The position numbers and the translations under genes were made by a program. The notes below the pieces were generated by a model, which saw nothing but the letters and a program-made list of their open reading frames with translations, was not told where the DNA came from and made no database searches. From Methanothermococcus sp. Ax23 (lineage in GTDB: Archaea; AGJL01; Methanococci; Methanococcales; Methanococcaceae), in contig NZ_CP157522.1 of the NCBI RefSeq assembly GCF_049075655.1, forward strand, positions 32,001 through 96,000: a stretch of 64,000 bases of DNA, read 5' to 3'. Positions 21,392-31,568 of this stretch are shown piece after piece; position 1 is the first letter of the stretch, and each line of letters opens with the position of its first letter.

Positions 21392-22108
21392 TTATTTCTT
21401 ATGGAACAATACGAATTTTGCAACCTCCTTCATAACATCCAATATCTTTTTTGTTGTAATGTAGGATGTTGCATCAGGGTGATATTCAATTTCAATATAT
21501 TCTTCAACAATTTTAGCATTCTTTTTTGCCAATTGAAGGGCCATTAAATGCTCCACACTATATCCTTCACCGAAATATACATTATTTAAAAAATCGCTTT
21601 TAATAATTCTAAATCCGCTCTGTATATCTTTGAAAAAGTAAATTTTTTTAGAATATATGGAAACTACCAAAGACATGAAAATACTTGCCATAAAATTTGA
21701 TATTTGCCTATGGAATGGAATATGATTATATTTCCTAATACCAAAAACAGCGTCTGCATTTGTTTCCTTTAATTTTTTAAACATTTTTGGGATATCACTT
21801 GGTTTGTGCTGATAATCTCCATCCATATATACAATATATTCGTATCCTTGTTTTAACGCCAATTTAGTTCCATCCTCCAATGCTTTTGATTTTCCTTCAT
21901 TTTTGTTTTTAAATATTGGATATATCTTATTTTTAGTTGTATTGTTTTTGATATAATTTTCAATAACAGATTTTGTCCCATCCAAACTTCCATCATCTAT
22001 AACTATTGAATCAATGCTAAGATTATCCAAATCATTTAAAACTTTTAAGATATTTTTTTCTTCATTATATGCAGGTATCACTACAACTAATTTATCCATG
22101 TTATCCAC
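21392..22108 (-). CDS. Glycosyltransferase family 2 (DPM1-like)
   Basis: VVIPAYNEE, IDDGS.D, MDGDYQH, DIQSGFR. Confidence 0.92.
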   Translation of the reverse strand: MDNMDKLVVVIPAYNEEKNILKVLNDLDNLSIDSIVIDDGSLDGTKSVIENYIKNNTTKNKIYPIFKNKNEGKSKALEDGTKLALKQGYEYIVYMDGDYQHKPSDIPKMFKKLKETNADAVFGIRKYNHIPFHRQISNFMASIFMSLVVSIYSKKIYFFKDIQSGFRIIKSDFLNNVYFGEGYSVEHLMALQLAKKNAKIVEEYIEIEYHPDATSYITTKKILDVMKEVAKFVLFHKK

Positions 22109-22160
22109 TTTGAAACTTAAACACTAATAACATAAAATATGGAATATAAAAATAGTGGGT

Positions 22161-22850
22161 TTATATGTCATAAATATATAATACTACCACAGCAATAATA
22201 GCACCAAATATTAAACCAAGTATGCCATAAAATATATAATTCAACTGATTTTCATTTGAGGATTTACTTTCAACTGCACTAGAATTTATAGGTTCTACTG
22301 AATCTATTTCAGTTGTTTTTTCTTTTGGTTCATTTTCATTTTTCGGCGTTATATTTATTGTGTAATTGTCATTATCAATGCTTTTGTTATCGGCTGATTT
22401 ATTCAATGATATATTCGTCGTGTTTGATATATTATTCAATTCATGATATTTTGGTTTTGTTTTATTTATTATTAGTTCAGAGTTATTGACCCTATAAACA
22501 TGAAAATGTTTTATATAGCTTATTAACGAGTCGTTTAATATGTATTTAACTGATACAATAATATCATAATCGTTTATGGTTTTGTTTATAATTCTACCAC
22601 TAAAATTTTTACATATTCCTTTGTATTCTTCGATATATGACATATTTATTGAATTATTTTTAAACTCTATGCTATCCGAACCTAAATTCAAAGTAAAATT
22701 GTATATCGGAAGTGAATTATTTAATTTATACACAATATAGATATTATCCGTGTTATTATCTACTAATTTTGGAATTATAGTTGTAGCCTCATGACCATAG
22801 TTTATGGTTGTTAATATTAAAAGAGATATTATTAAAAATAACTTTTTCAT
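22161..22850 (-). CDS. Hypothetical secreted, C-terminally anchored protein
   Basis: MKK-hydrophobic signal peptide, many N-x-S/T sequons, C-terminal TM helix. Confidence 0.7.
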   Translation of the reverse strand: MKKLFLIISLLILTTINYGHEATTIIPKLVDNNTDNIYIVYKLNNSLPIYNFTLNLGSDSIEFKNNSINMSYIEEYKGICKNFSGRIINKTINDYDIIVSVKYILNDSLISYIKHFHVYRVNNSELIINKTKPKYHELNNISNTTNISLNKSADNKSIDNDNYTINITPKNENEPKEKTTEIDSVEPINSSAVESKSSNENQLNYIFYGILGLIFGAIIAVVVLYIYDI

Positions 22851-22959
22851 ATTATCACAGCATGTGTATTTTTAATAATTTTAAAATAACAAAATAAATA
22901 ATTTTATAGAGGGTAAATCCTTTGGATTCGCTACTTACAAATCCTTTGGTTTTTCAAAA

Positions 22960-23139
22960 TTATAATGTTTTAATTCTCTTTAATCTCTCATTTAACTTTT
23001 CCACCTCTTCCCGAGTGAGTCTTGTAGATTGTTTAACATTGTCCAATTCTTTTTTCAATTGCATAAGTTTAATAAATAAGATAATATTTATCAATAAGCT
23101 AACAACAACTATTGTAAGGACTACTGATGTATCTATCAT
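22960..23139 (-). CDS. Small single-TM coiled-coil protein (59 aa), translationally coupled to minD; missing from the ORF track
   Basis: MIDTSVVLTIVVVSLLINIILFIKLMQLKKELDNVKQSTRLTREEVEKLNERLKRIKTL*; ATGA overlap with the minD stop and GGAGG RBS. Confidence 0.75.
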   Translation of the reverse strand: MIDTSVVLTIVVVSLLINIILFIKLMQLKKELDNVKQSTRLTREEVEKLNERLKRIKTL

Positions 23140-23512
23140 TTTCTCCCTCCAAATAACCCTTTGATAAACTTTTTAATAAATGATTTTTCCTCAGTTTGTT
23201 TAGGAATATATTCTCTTCCAGTTAATCTTGCCGCAATTTGCATTATAGCCTGTGAAGCAGGAGAATTAGGATATCTTATTACAATGGGTTCTCCAAATGC
23301 CGCACATCTTCTTACATTTGGGTCCTCAGGAATTACTCCGAGTATGGGAACTTCGAGTATTGTTTCAATAGCCTTCGAGCTCAGTTCAGAATCCTCCATG
23401 GTGGTTCTATTAATTATTGTCCCCAATATATTAGTTTCAAATCTTCTTGCAATAGCCACAACCTTTAAAGCGTCAGAAATGGATGATATTTCAGGATTTA
23501 CTATTAATATTA

Positions 23513-24667
23513 CTGACAGTGTGATTATGATATTCCTTTCTTTATTAGTTCTTTACCACACTTTTTAACGATTTCATAAAACGATAATCCATAGTTGTAG
23601 CTTAAGTATTCGATGCAGTTTGATACTACCGCCATAAATCTAATGAATCCAATATTACTCTTTTCAGAAGTTATGTAATTCCCTTCAACTTCTAAAATCG
23701 ATTTATCCCTTTTATGTTTTTCTTCTATCTTTGGTCTCTTCATATACTCGATTATAATGTTCTCTGCCTTCTTTTTATAGTTTGTAGAGACTAAATACTT
23801 AGGTTTTTTCTGATTTTCCATTTGCACAGCAACGATTTTAACCTTGCCAACATTTGGAATATTCACAATCCTATCGGATAATTTGAACTCTATTCCATTA
23901 ATCGTCCTTAATTTGAACTTTCTTTTTTGAAAATCCTTTTCGAACAATTCTTCCACTTTAACCTTCTTACTGAAAAACTCGATTATAATGTTTTTCCTAA
24001 GTTTGCCAATGTATTCGATTCCCAATCCCTTACATCCCTTTAGAATTTTCTTTGTTGTGATAAAACTGTCCCCTATAACCGTCCTGATGTTAGTTTGAGA
24101 TAAAAATTCAATGATTTCAATAAATATGTTTGTGGATTTTTTGTCGAGTGGTTTTATCGTAGTGTGAATAGTATAAAGCCCTTTTTTTTGTGATAGATAC
24201 AGCAGTTTATTTGCTCTTGATATAGTTTGCTATGATTTTCGATGTAATTGTATCTAATACTACAACCATAAATATTTTCACTCCATCTTCTTAATAATGT
24301 TGAATCGATTATTGCAGCGTATTTAAATCTATTGTCATTCAAAATGTCGGGAAGGTTTAATAATTGAGCGTATAAGTAAAACTCTTCTTCGAAGAGTTTT
24401 TGCAAGTTTTTAACGATAGTTGTTCTGTGGATTTTTGAAATACTTTCTGAAAATGCTTTAATAGTTTTTATCGGCGTTAACGTTCTAACCAATGCAAACT
24501 TAGATAATTCTTCCGAACAGTTAAATCCTAAACTATTTATAGAATTAGTGAGCATATTACTTAATGTCTTTAGCATGCTGAATTCACCGTTTTTTAATGA
24601 GATATTTAACTACTACCTATTTCTATTTTTTGATTTTAAAGATGGTATTGTTAATTCACACTGTCAG
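23513..24667 (-). mobile_element. 1155-bp DDE insertion sequence (IS4/IS701/ISH3-like)
   Basis: Terminal inverted repeats CTGACAGTGTGA/TCACACTGTCAG; 8-bp TSD TAATATTA at 23505-23512 and 24668-24675. Confidence 0.93.
23525..24576 (-). CDS. DDE transposase in two frames joined by a -1 shift at an A8 run near 24185
   Basis: Frame 1 carries IIDST; the -1 frame continues KGLYTIH...VIGDSF...YMKRPKIEEKHKRDK (Y..R..IE motif). Confidence 0.8.
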
Positions 24668-25099
24668 TAATATTAAATGTTCAGCAGTTGATATTGCAGT
24701 CAGTGCTTCCTTTCCAATACCTGCTGGGCAATCTATTATTATAATATCCCCCAATTCATGCAACTTTGATAATACCTCCAATAATTTCTCAGGTTTAGCC
24801 TTTTTAAAACCATCCAATGATACACCAGCAGGAACTACCTTTACACCACCGGGTCCTTCATAAATAGCCTGCTCTACACTTGCACTACCTGCAAGAACAT
24901 CATTTAAGGTTATTGGCTTCCCATCCAAACCCATTACAAGTTCCAAATTCGCCATAGCGATATCTGCATCAAGCACAATAACGTCTTTCCCAAATTTTGA
25001 AAGTGCCACTGATAAATTGGCCGAAATTGTAGTTTTACCAGTGCCTCCCTTGCCAGAAGCTATTGCAATAGTTATTGCCATCTTTTCACCTAAGGTGTT

Positions 25100-26422
25100 T
25101 TATTTAGTATTATCAATTAGAATATTTTCTAATTTTTCAACTGCAACAATAATATCTTCATTTTTAACACCAATTGCTGCATTCATAACAATGTAACTAT
25201 ATGGATAATTGCTCAAATAACAATTACCAAATTTATCTGATACCCTTACACCTCTTGGACCAGTAATCCTTAGATTGTATAATTTTCCTGCAATTTCCAC
25301 AGGGTCTGAATCTACGGTAATGCATAAGGATATTGGGTTTTTAATATTTAAAACTTTATTATTTGTCTTTTCTGCTAATTCCATTGAAAGATTACCCAAA
25401 AGTTTTCTACTTTCCCTTTGCTGTTTCATAAGCTCCAAATATTTATTTAACCCTAATGACAACATTGAAACCAATATATTTACAATTGGTGTTGCACATG
25501 CTCTGCCTGGATAACAGAGAGAAATCTCATTTAAAAATTCTTTGTCTTTTGAATATATTATACCGCCCCCTATTGGAGTCAGTAAATTTTTATCAGAGGA
25601 GCTCACCACTGCATCCACTCTATATTTAAATGCTTTGTTTAATTTATTGATGTAAAATTTATTTTGAATGGCATAGGCACCATTTATAATATGCGGAATA
25701 TCATACTCATCACAAATTTTTGCTATCTCTTCGATATCATCCCCCTCTCTTGGCGGGAAAAATGTGAGGGTGCTTAAAACGCATGGATTGTTGTTGGATT
25801 TTATTTCCTTTTTTATGGCATCTTCTATGTCCCCAACATCAACTTTTACAGCATCTTCGTATAATTTAGTTTCAACTAGTCGCATTCTAAGTCCTGCAAA
25901 AGATACAGCCTTTATTGGACTTTTATGTGCTGCATAAGGATATACAACCACATTTGAATTGTATTTTTTCCTTGCCGCACTTAAACACAGTGCTATTGAC
26001 ATCCCAGTTGCTACTGGCGTGGCTATTGAATAAACATTTAATCCCAAATTTTTTAAAAAACTTTTTAAAATGCTGTTTGTTAATCCATACATCACACTTG
26101 CTCCGGGAGCCTTTGGCTGAGGGTCGGTTAAATTTCCACTTCTCCCAACACCATGGCAAAAGCCAGAAACCAACTCTTCCTGAATCTTTGATGATAATCG
26201 TCCTTCTCTCTCCCCTATTCTTATAGATTTAGGGTCTTTATCTGTATCCATAAGAGAAAGTAATTTTAAAAATAGTTTTATTTTTTCATCATCTAATCCA
26301 TTTTTTGGTATGGCCCTATGATTTAAGATTTCTTCAATCTCTTTTAAATTGTCCTTTAATACCAGCATGCCCCTATTTTCCATATTTTTAGGAAGCATTC
26401 CACTTATATTTAAATTAAACAT
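25100..26422 (-). CDS. spcS: O-phosphoseryl-tRNA(Sec) selenium transferase (SepSecS)
   Basis: IGEREGR, HGVGRSGNL..PQPKAPGAS, SSSDKNLLTPIGG, YPGRA. Confidence 0.95.
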   Translation of the reverse strand: MFNLNISGMLPKNMENRGMLVLKDNLKEIEEILNHRAIPKNGLDDEKIKLFLKLLSLMDTDKDPKSIRIGEREGRLSSKIQEELVSGFCHGVGRSGNLTDPQPKAPGASVMYGLTNSILKSFLKNLGLNVYSIATPVATGMSIALCLSAARKKYNSNVVVYPYAAHKSPIKAVSFAGLRMRLVETKLYEDAVKVDVGDIEDAIKKEIKSNNNPCVLSTLTFFPPREGDDIEEIAKICDEYDIPHIINGAYAIQNKFYINKLNKAFKYRVDAVVSSSDKNLLTPIGGGIIYSKDKEFLNEISLCYPGRACATPIVNILVSMLSLGLNKYLELMKQQRESRKLLGNLSMELAEKTNNKVLNIKNPISLCITVDSDPVEIAGKLYNLRITGPRGVRVSDKFGNCYLSNYPYSYIVMNAAIGVKNEDIIVAVEKLENILIDNTK

Positions 26423-26593
26423 AATATCACTTTGACATTTAAATATTTATATATTATCTAATAATAAAACAGTTATTATATATTATTGATAACTAATATT
26501 AAAATATATTTTATATTTCATATATTATTTATTAAGTATGATATTAATATATTATAAAATTATTATTTAGAAAATTACTATTTAGGCGAGATT

Positions 26594-27382
26594 ATGAAGA
26601 TAGCAATTACTGGAAAAGGTGGAGTAGGAAAAACATTTATATCATCCACATTGGCACGACTATTTGAAAAAAATGGATATAAGGTTATAGCTGTTGATGC
26701 AGACCCTGATATGAATCTTGCATGTGCATTAGGGATTGATGAGGAAATAACGCCCCTATCCAAAATGGACGACCTAATAGAGGAGCGAACCGGTGCAAAG
26801 GTCGGGGAATACGGGAGTGTTTTTAAAATCAATCCTAAGGTAGATGACATTGTTGAAAACTACTCTTACAGGGCGGGAAATGGGAACATACATTTGCTTG
26901 TTATGGGAACTATTGAACAGGGAGGGGGAGGATGCGTATGCCCTGCTTCAGTTTTACTGAGGCGACTTTTAAGGCATTTGATATTAAAAAGAAATGAAGT
27001 CGTTATAATGGACATGGAAGCAGGTATAGAGCATCTTGGAAGAAAAACTACTGAAAATGTCGATTTAATGATTGTTGTAATAGAACCTTCTAAAAAATCC
27101 TTGCTAACTGCAAAAAGAATAAAAAAACTTGCAAATGACATAAACATATCAAATCTATATGCCGTGGTGAATAAAATAAAAAACGATGAAGAAAAAGAAA
27201 CATTTGGAAAAATATTTGAAAAAGAGGTGAATATACCGATAATTGGTTATATTCCATACAGCGACGAAGTCTCTTCATCCGATTTATTAGGAAAACCTAT
27301 TGATTTAAATTCTGATGTTGGAAAAGAAGTTGAAAGATTATTCAATGAAATAATAAATATAAAAAATAAAAACAACAAATAA
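26594..27382 (+). CDS. CooC/AcsF family nickel-insertion ATPase
   Basis: GKGGVGKT, DADPD.NL, GGGCVCP, DMEAGIEHLGR. Confidence 0.9.
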   Translation: MKIAITGKGGVGKTFISSTLARLFEKNGYKVIAVDADPDMNLACALGIDEEITPLSKMDDLIEERTGAKVGEYGSVFKINPKVDDIVENYSYRAGNGNIHLLVMGTIEQGGGGCVCPASVLLRRLLRHLILKRNEVVIMDMEAGIEHLGRKTTENVDLMIVVIEPSKKSLLTAKRIKKLANDINISNLYAVVNKIKNDEEKETFGKIFEKEVNIPIIGYIPYSDEVSSSDLLGKPIDLNSDVGKEVERLFNEIINIKNKNNK

Positions 27383-27401
27383 AAAAGTTAAATGTGAAAA
27401 T

Positions 27402-28436
27402 ATGCAATTTTTCATAATATTATGCGTCTGCATTTTAAGCATGTTTAATTTAGTGGCTTTAACGAAAATCATCTCTTCTTTTTTTGCAGTGTTGATATAT
27501 TTAATTAATTTGGTGGAGTCTTTAAATAATAATAAAAAATTTAAAGATACAATTATAAAATTAATAGTAGCATTTAATGTATTAATGGCAGTATTTTCAT
27601 TCTATTTAGATATAAAGCCTATATATGCAGGTATCTTTTTAACAACATCGCTATTATCTACGATTTTATTAATTAATAAAAATATTTTCAATTTCTTTGT
27701 AAAAAAATTAAATATGAATATCCAGTGGGGTAAAATAACTCATAGAACCTTTTTTCCCCTATCGTTATATATATTGCTAAATCCAATAGTGTATCTCACC
27801 ACAATGGGAGCTCACCTAATGATATCATTAAGTAGTTTTTTTCAAATAATTGACCAATTGGGCTTTCAAATATTGTTGTTTGCATACTCTTTTATAGGGG
27901 TTGGATTTGGAACAAGAAGGGGATTAAAAGACTGCATAAACCGATTAAGTATAGGTATTCCGAATATAAAGTATGCTATTGTTGGATTTGTGGGAATATA
28001 CTTAATTGACTATATTATTTGGAATGTCCCCTTATTCATTGATAATTTAATATCATTGATAGTCCCAAATCTTGGGAGCGACATTGCTACAAAAATGGCA
28101 GTAGAGTCATCAAATGTGGAACAGGTTGTCCAATCTATAAAACATGTTGTTCCCACCCTTACTGAAATAGCATTTTTATCCATTGTTGTAGGTATAAGTG
28201 AGGAACTCCTATTCAGAGGGGCACTGCAACCAAGATTTGGAAATTTATATACGAGCTTATTATTTACTGTCCTGCATTTTCAGTATTTTTCAATTGTGGC
28301 TTTATTGGATATATTTTTAATTAGCTATATGCTTGGAATGATTAGGAACAAAACCAACACATCAACAACGGCATTGATACATACAATATATGATTTTATA
28401 TCCCTTGGGGGTTTAGTATTTTTATTTAATGTTTAA
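27402..28436 (+). CDS. CPBP (Abi/CAAX) family intramembrane metalloprotease
   Basis: Multi-TM, SEELLFRG, FTVLH, IHTIYD motifs. Confidence 0.87.
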   Translation: MQFFIILCVCILSMFNLVALTKIISSFFAVLIYLINLVESLNNNKKFKDTIIKLIVAFNVLMAVFSFYLDIKPIYAGIFLTTSLLSTILLINKNIFNFFVKKLNMNIQWGKITHRTFFPLSLYILLNPIVYLTTMGAHLMISLSSFFQIIDQLGFQILLFAYSFIGVGFGTRRGLKDCINRLSIGIPNIKYAIVGFVGIYLIDYIIWNVPLFIDNLISLIVPNLGSDIATKMAVESSNVEQVVQSIKHVVPTLTEIAFLSIVVGISEELLFRGALQPRFGNLYTSLLFTVLHFQYFSIVALLDIFLISYMLGMIRNKTNTSTTALIHTIYDFISLGGLVFLFNV

Positions 28437-28550
28437 ATCTAAAAAATATTTAAATAATCATGCATAATGGATTTTGACTAAAAAAATAAGATAATAAAAA
28501 AATAAGTAGCATCAAATAAGAATTGTTAATAACCGTGAAAAGGTGATATT

Positions 28551-29396
28551 GTGTATTTTGAAGATTTTTCTAAATATATATGTGCCTACTCTGATTTTGA
28601 AGATGCTGATTTTGTAATGTTCGGAATTCCATACGATGCCACAACTTCCTACAAACCAGGAACAAGATTTGGACCAGATGAAATAAGAAAGGCATCATGG
28701 GGGTTGGAAACATTCAGCCCAGTATTGAAAAAGGATTTAATTGATGTGAATGTATGTGATTTATACAATATCATCATTGAAGGAACCCAAATGGACATTA
28801 TTGAAAGGTCATACAACGCATCCAAAAATATTATGGAAAAAGGCAAAATACCAATAATGATGGGCGGAGAGCATTCCATTACCTATCCCGTAGTAAAGGC
28901 TGTAAAGGATGTATATAATGATTTTGTTTTAATACAGTTTGATGCCCATTGTGATTTAAGAGAAGAGTATTTAGGCAATGAATATTCCCATGCAAGTGTA
29001 ATAAGAAGATGTTTTGATTTAACAAAGGATATTTATCAGTTTGGAATAAGAAGCGGAGATAAAGAAGAATGGGAATTTGGATGGGAAAATACAAATATAT
29101 CCATGGATTTACCTACAAAGGAAGATATAAAAGAAATTAAATCATTGGATAAACCCGTATATATTACAATAGATATTGATGTTTTAGACCCTGCCTATGC
29201 CCCTGGGACTGGAACCCCTGAGCCATGCGGATTTTCCACAAAAGAACTGATAAATTCACTGTATTTATTTAAGGAATTGAAAGATAACATAATAGGTTTT
29301 GATGTTGTTGAGATATCACCGCATTACGATATTGGAAACATCACATCTATTGCAGCGGCAAAAATAATAAGGGAGCTCATGCTAACAATAAAATAA
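28551..29396 (+). CDS. speB: Agmatinase
   Basis: GGEHSIT, DAHCDLR, DIDVLDP, PGTGTPE. Confidence 0.93.
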   Translation: MYFEDFSKYICAYSDFEDADFVMFGIPYDATTSYKPGTRFGPDEIRKASWGLETFSPVLKKDLIDVNVCDLYNIIIEGTQMDIIERSYNASKNIMEKGKIPIMMGGEHSITYPVVKAVKDVYNDFVLIQFDAHCDLREEYLGNEYSHASVIRRCFDLTKDIYQFGIRSGDKEEWEFGWENTNISMDLPTKEDIKEIKSLDKPVYITIDIDVLDPAYAPGTGTPEPCGFSTKELINSLYLFKELKDNIIGFDVVEISPHYDIGNITSIAAAKIIRELMLTIK

Positions 29397-29495
29397 AATA
29401 ATAAATTGGATAATAAATTAGATAATAAATTAAAAAAATCCACTTAATTTGCTGTTCGCCTACTACGTCGGCGAAATGCAGGAAAAGGAGATATA

Positions 29496-30662
29496 ATGAA
29501 TATAGGAACAGTTATTCACGGACCTGAAATAATCGACACTGGCTATGCAAAAAAGATTTTGGATATTTTAGAGGAATTTTCCAAAGAATATGGCATAAAT
29601 ATTAATATAAAGGCAAAACTCGGCGGAACTATGGGACGAGTAGCTGTAATAGATAATGGTTTGGAGGATGTAATTGATATTTCGGAAAAACTCGTCCCAT
29701 CCATGAGTTTGAAAAAATTAGGGAATAATGATATTTTAATTTTAATGAATTACGGAAAATCAAAGGAAACAGGGCACACATTTGGAAGAATCGTTGTAGG
29801 AAGAGCCGGAGTGCATAAACCAATAATACAGATAGAAAGACCAGGGGAAAAGGACGGAACAATTTTAATATGGAATAAAAATAAACATAATAATATTAAT
29901 AACGATATTGACAAAAATTTAAACCTTTTAATAGAATATCTCTCAAAAAAACTAAACTTGAATATTGAAGAATGCATAAGCAATGGGTTGGATGTTTGGG
30001 AAGAGGGAAACAAAGTATTTAGGAAACTACATGGTGTTGATGATGGAGAATCCATAATGATAAATGGCATAGTGGTGGGCAGAGCTCGGGGAGCTCCGGT
30101 AATTTTAGTATCCGAAAATAACAAATTAATAGATATAATCAACGGCGAGGTAAAATGGCATGGCGTTGAAAAACTGGGCGAGATTGATTTAAAAAGTGTT
30201 ATTATAAAGACAGGCATTCTAAGGAGGCATCCATCCAATATCAACAAGAATAAAAAAAATAAAACAATGGAAAAGAATAATTCGTCCAATGAATGCAATG
30301 AAGGGGAAATTGTCATTGTAAATCACGCAGGAGAGGATGTTTTAGAGGAAATAAAAAATAAAAATGTTTCTGCGGTAATCACTATTGGGGACGACACAAC
30401 AACCATTTGCGGAGACATTTTAGCAAGATTTGATATTAAGATAATAGGCATTACAGATGGGGACAGGGATGAGCTCTTAAAAAATCCAATAATCACAGAA
30501 GGCTCAAATATATTTTTAATAAAAAACTGCAAGGATGACGATGTAGGGAAGATGTTGGAAGGAAAATTAAAGAACAAAAAAATGACATATACTGATACCT
30601 TAAATTATATAAAAGAACTTCTAAATAAAAATAAAATTGATTATTGTATTGATGAATATTGA
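29496..30662 (+). CDS. DUF2117 family protein
   Basis: IHGPEIIDTG, LGGTMGRVAVID, IQIERP, TIGDDTT, GITDGD. Confidence 0.8.
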   Translation: MNIGTVIHGPEIIDTGYAKKILDILEEFSKEYGININIKAKLGGTMGRVAVIDNGLEDVIDISEKLVPSMSLKKLGNNDILILMNYGKSKETGHTFGRIVVGRAGVHKPIIQIERPGEKDGTILIWNKNKHNNINNDIDKNLNLLIEYLSKKLNLNIEECISNGLDVWEEGNKVFRKLHGVDDGESIMINGIVVGRARGAPVILVSENNKLIDIINGEVKWHGVEKLGEIDLKSVIIKTGILRRHPSNINKNKKNKTMEKNNSSNECNEGEIVIVNHAGEDVLEEIKNKNVSAVITIGDDTTTICGDILARFDIKIIGITDGDRDELLKNPIITEGSNIFLIKNCKDDDVGKMLEGKLKNKKMTYTDTLNYIKELLNKNKIDYCIDEY

Positions 30663-30686
30663 TTATAGTATAAAAAGGGGTAGATT

Positions 30687-31568
30687 ATGGATTTAGAAAA
30701 TTCATTTTTAAATGCAATTTCAGAAAGTTTTAAAGCATATGATAAATACGGAGCTCGAAGCAATAAAAAATTGATACCAATTCATAAATGGTTTGCGAAA
30801 GTTATTGAGAATAAATTAGGAGATAGATATTATACAAAATGTTTAGGCAATGGTGGAGAATATAAATTAAATGGTAAATACTACCCAAAAAATTTGGATA
30901 TATCCATATTCAATAAAGAAACTGATAAATTGGTAGCAACAATAAGTTTTAAATTCGTGACTTCTAACTATAAACAAAATGCTAATAATTATTTTGAAAA
31001 TTTATTGGGAGAAACGGCAAATATTAGACGAGTAAATGTAGGATTTGCACACTTTTTAGTATTACGGGGACATACGCCATATTACACAAAAAATAAAGGC
31101 AACTTAAGGGGAGAACTTAAAAAAATAGAATTAATTTCTGAAAAAGATTTAATGAAGTATATTAAATTATATAATGATTTAGATTTTCCACATAAACCAA
31201 ATGTTTTAGGAATTGCTTTAATAGATTTTGATGACAGTGAAAATGCGTATTTTGTAGATTTAGATAGCATGAAAATTTCAGAAGAGGATATTGGTAAGAT
31301 AAATAAAATATTAGAAAAAGCAGGATTTTCAAATGAAAAAATCAATGAAATAAATAAAAAGCTAAAAGAAGTAGGATTTTCAGAAGCAGATATTGAAGAA
31401 ATAGAGAAAGAGTTAAAAAAAGCAAAAATACCAAAAAAAGATATTAAAGAAATAAATAAATTTTTAAACAATATTGGATTTTCAGAAAAAGGTATTAAAG
31501 CATTAAATGAAATGTCGTTAAACAAATTTATAAAACGAGTTGTTGGATTATGTCAGCTGATGGATTGA
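30687..31568 (+). CDS. Putative type II restriction endonuclease with C-terminal 17-aa repeats
   Basis: PD-(D/E)xK-like K.LDISI...ISFKF..SNYKQNANNYFENLLGE; overlaps the downstream MTase gene. Confidence 0.7.
   Translation: MDLENSFLNAISESFKAYDKYGARSNKKLIPIHKWFAKVIENKLGDRYYTKCLGNGGEYKLNGKYYPKNLDISIFNKETDKLVATISFKFVTSNYKQNANNYFENLLGETANIRRVNVGFAHFLVLRGHTPYYTKNKGNLRGELKKIELISEKDLMKYIKLYNDLDFPHKPNVLGIALIDFDDSENAYFVDLDSMKISEEDIGKINKILEKAGFSNEKINEINKKLKEVGFSEADIEEIEKELKKAKIPKKDIKEINKFLNNIGFSEKGIKALNEMSLNKFIKRVVGLCQLMD

Larger units (their letters stand above)
23136..25081 (-). pseudogene. minD: Cell division ATPase MinD interrupted by an IS
   Basis: N-half [24 protein letters not shown]; removing the IS and one TSD restores ...AEHLILIVNPEISSISDALK... 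in frame to the C-terminal amphipathic helix FIKKFIKGLFG. Confidence 0.92.
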
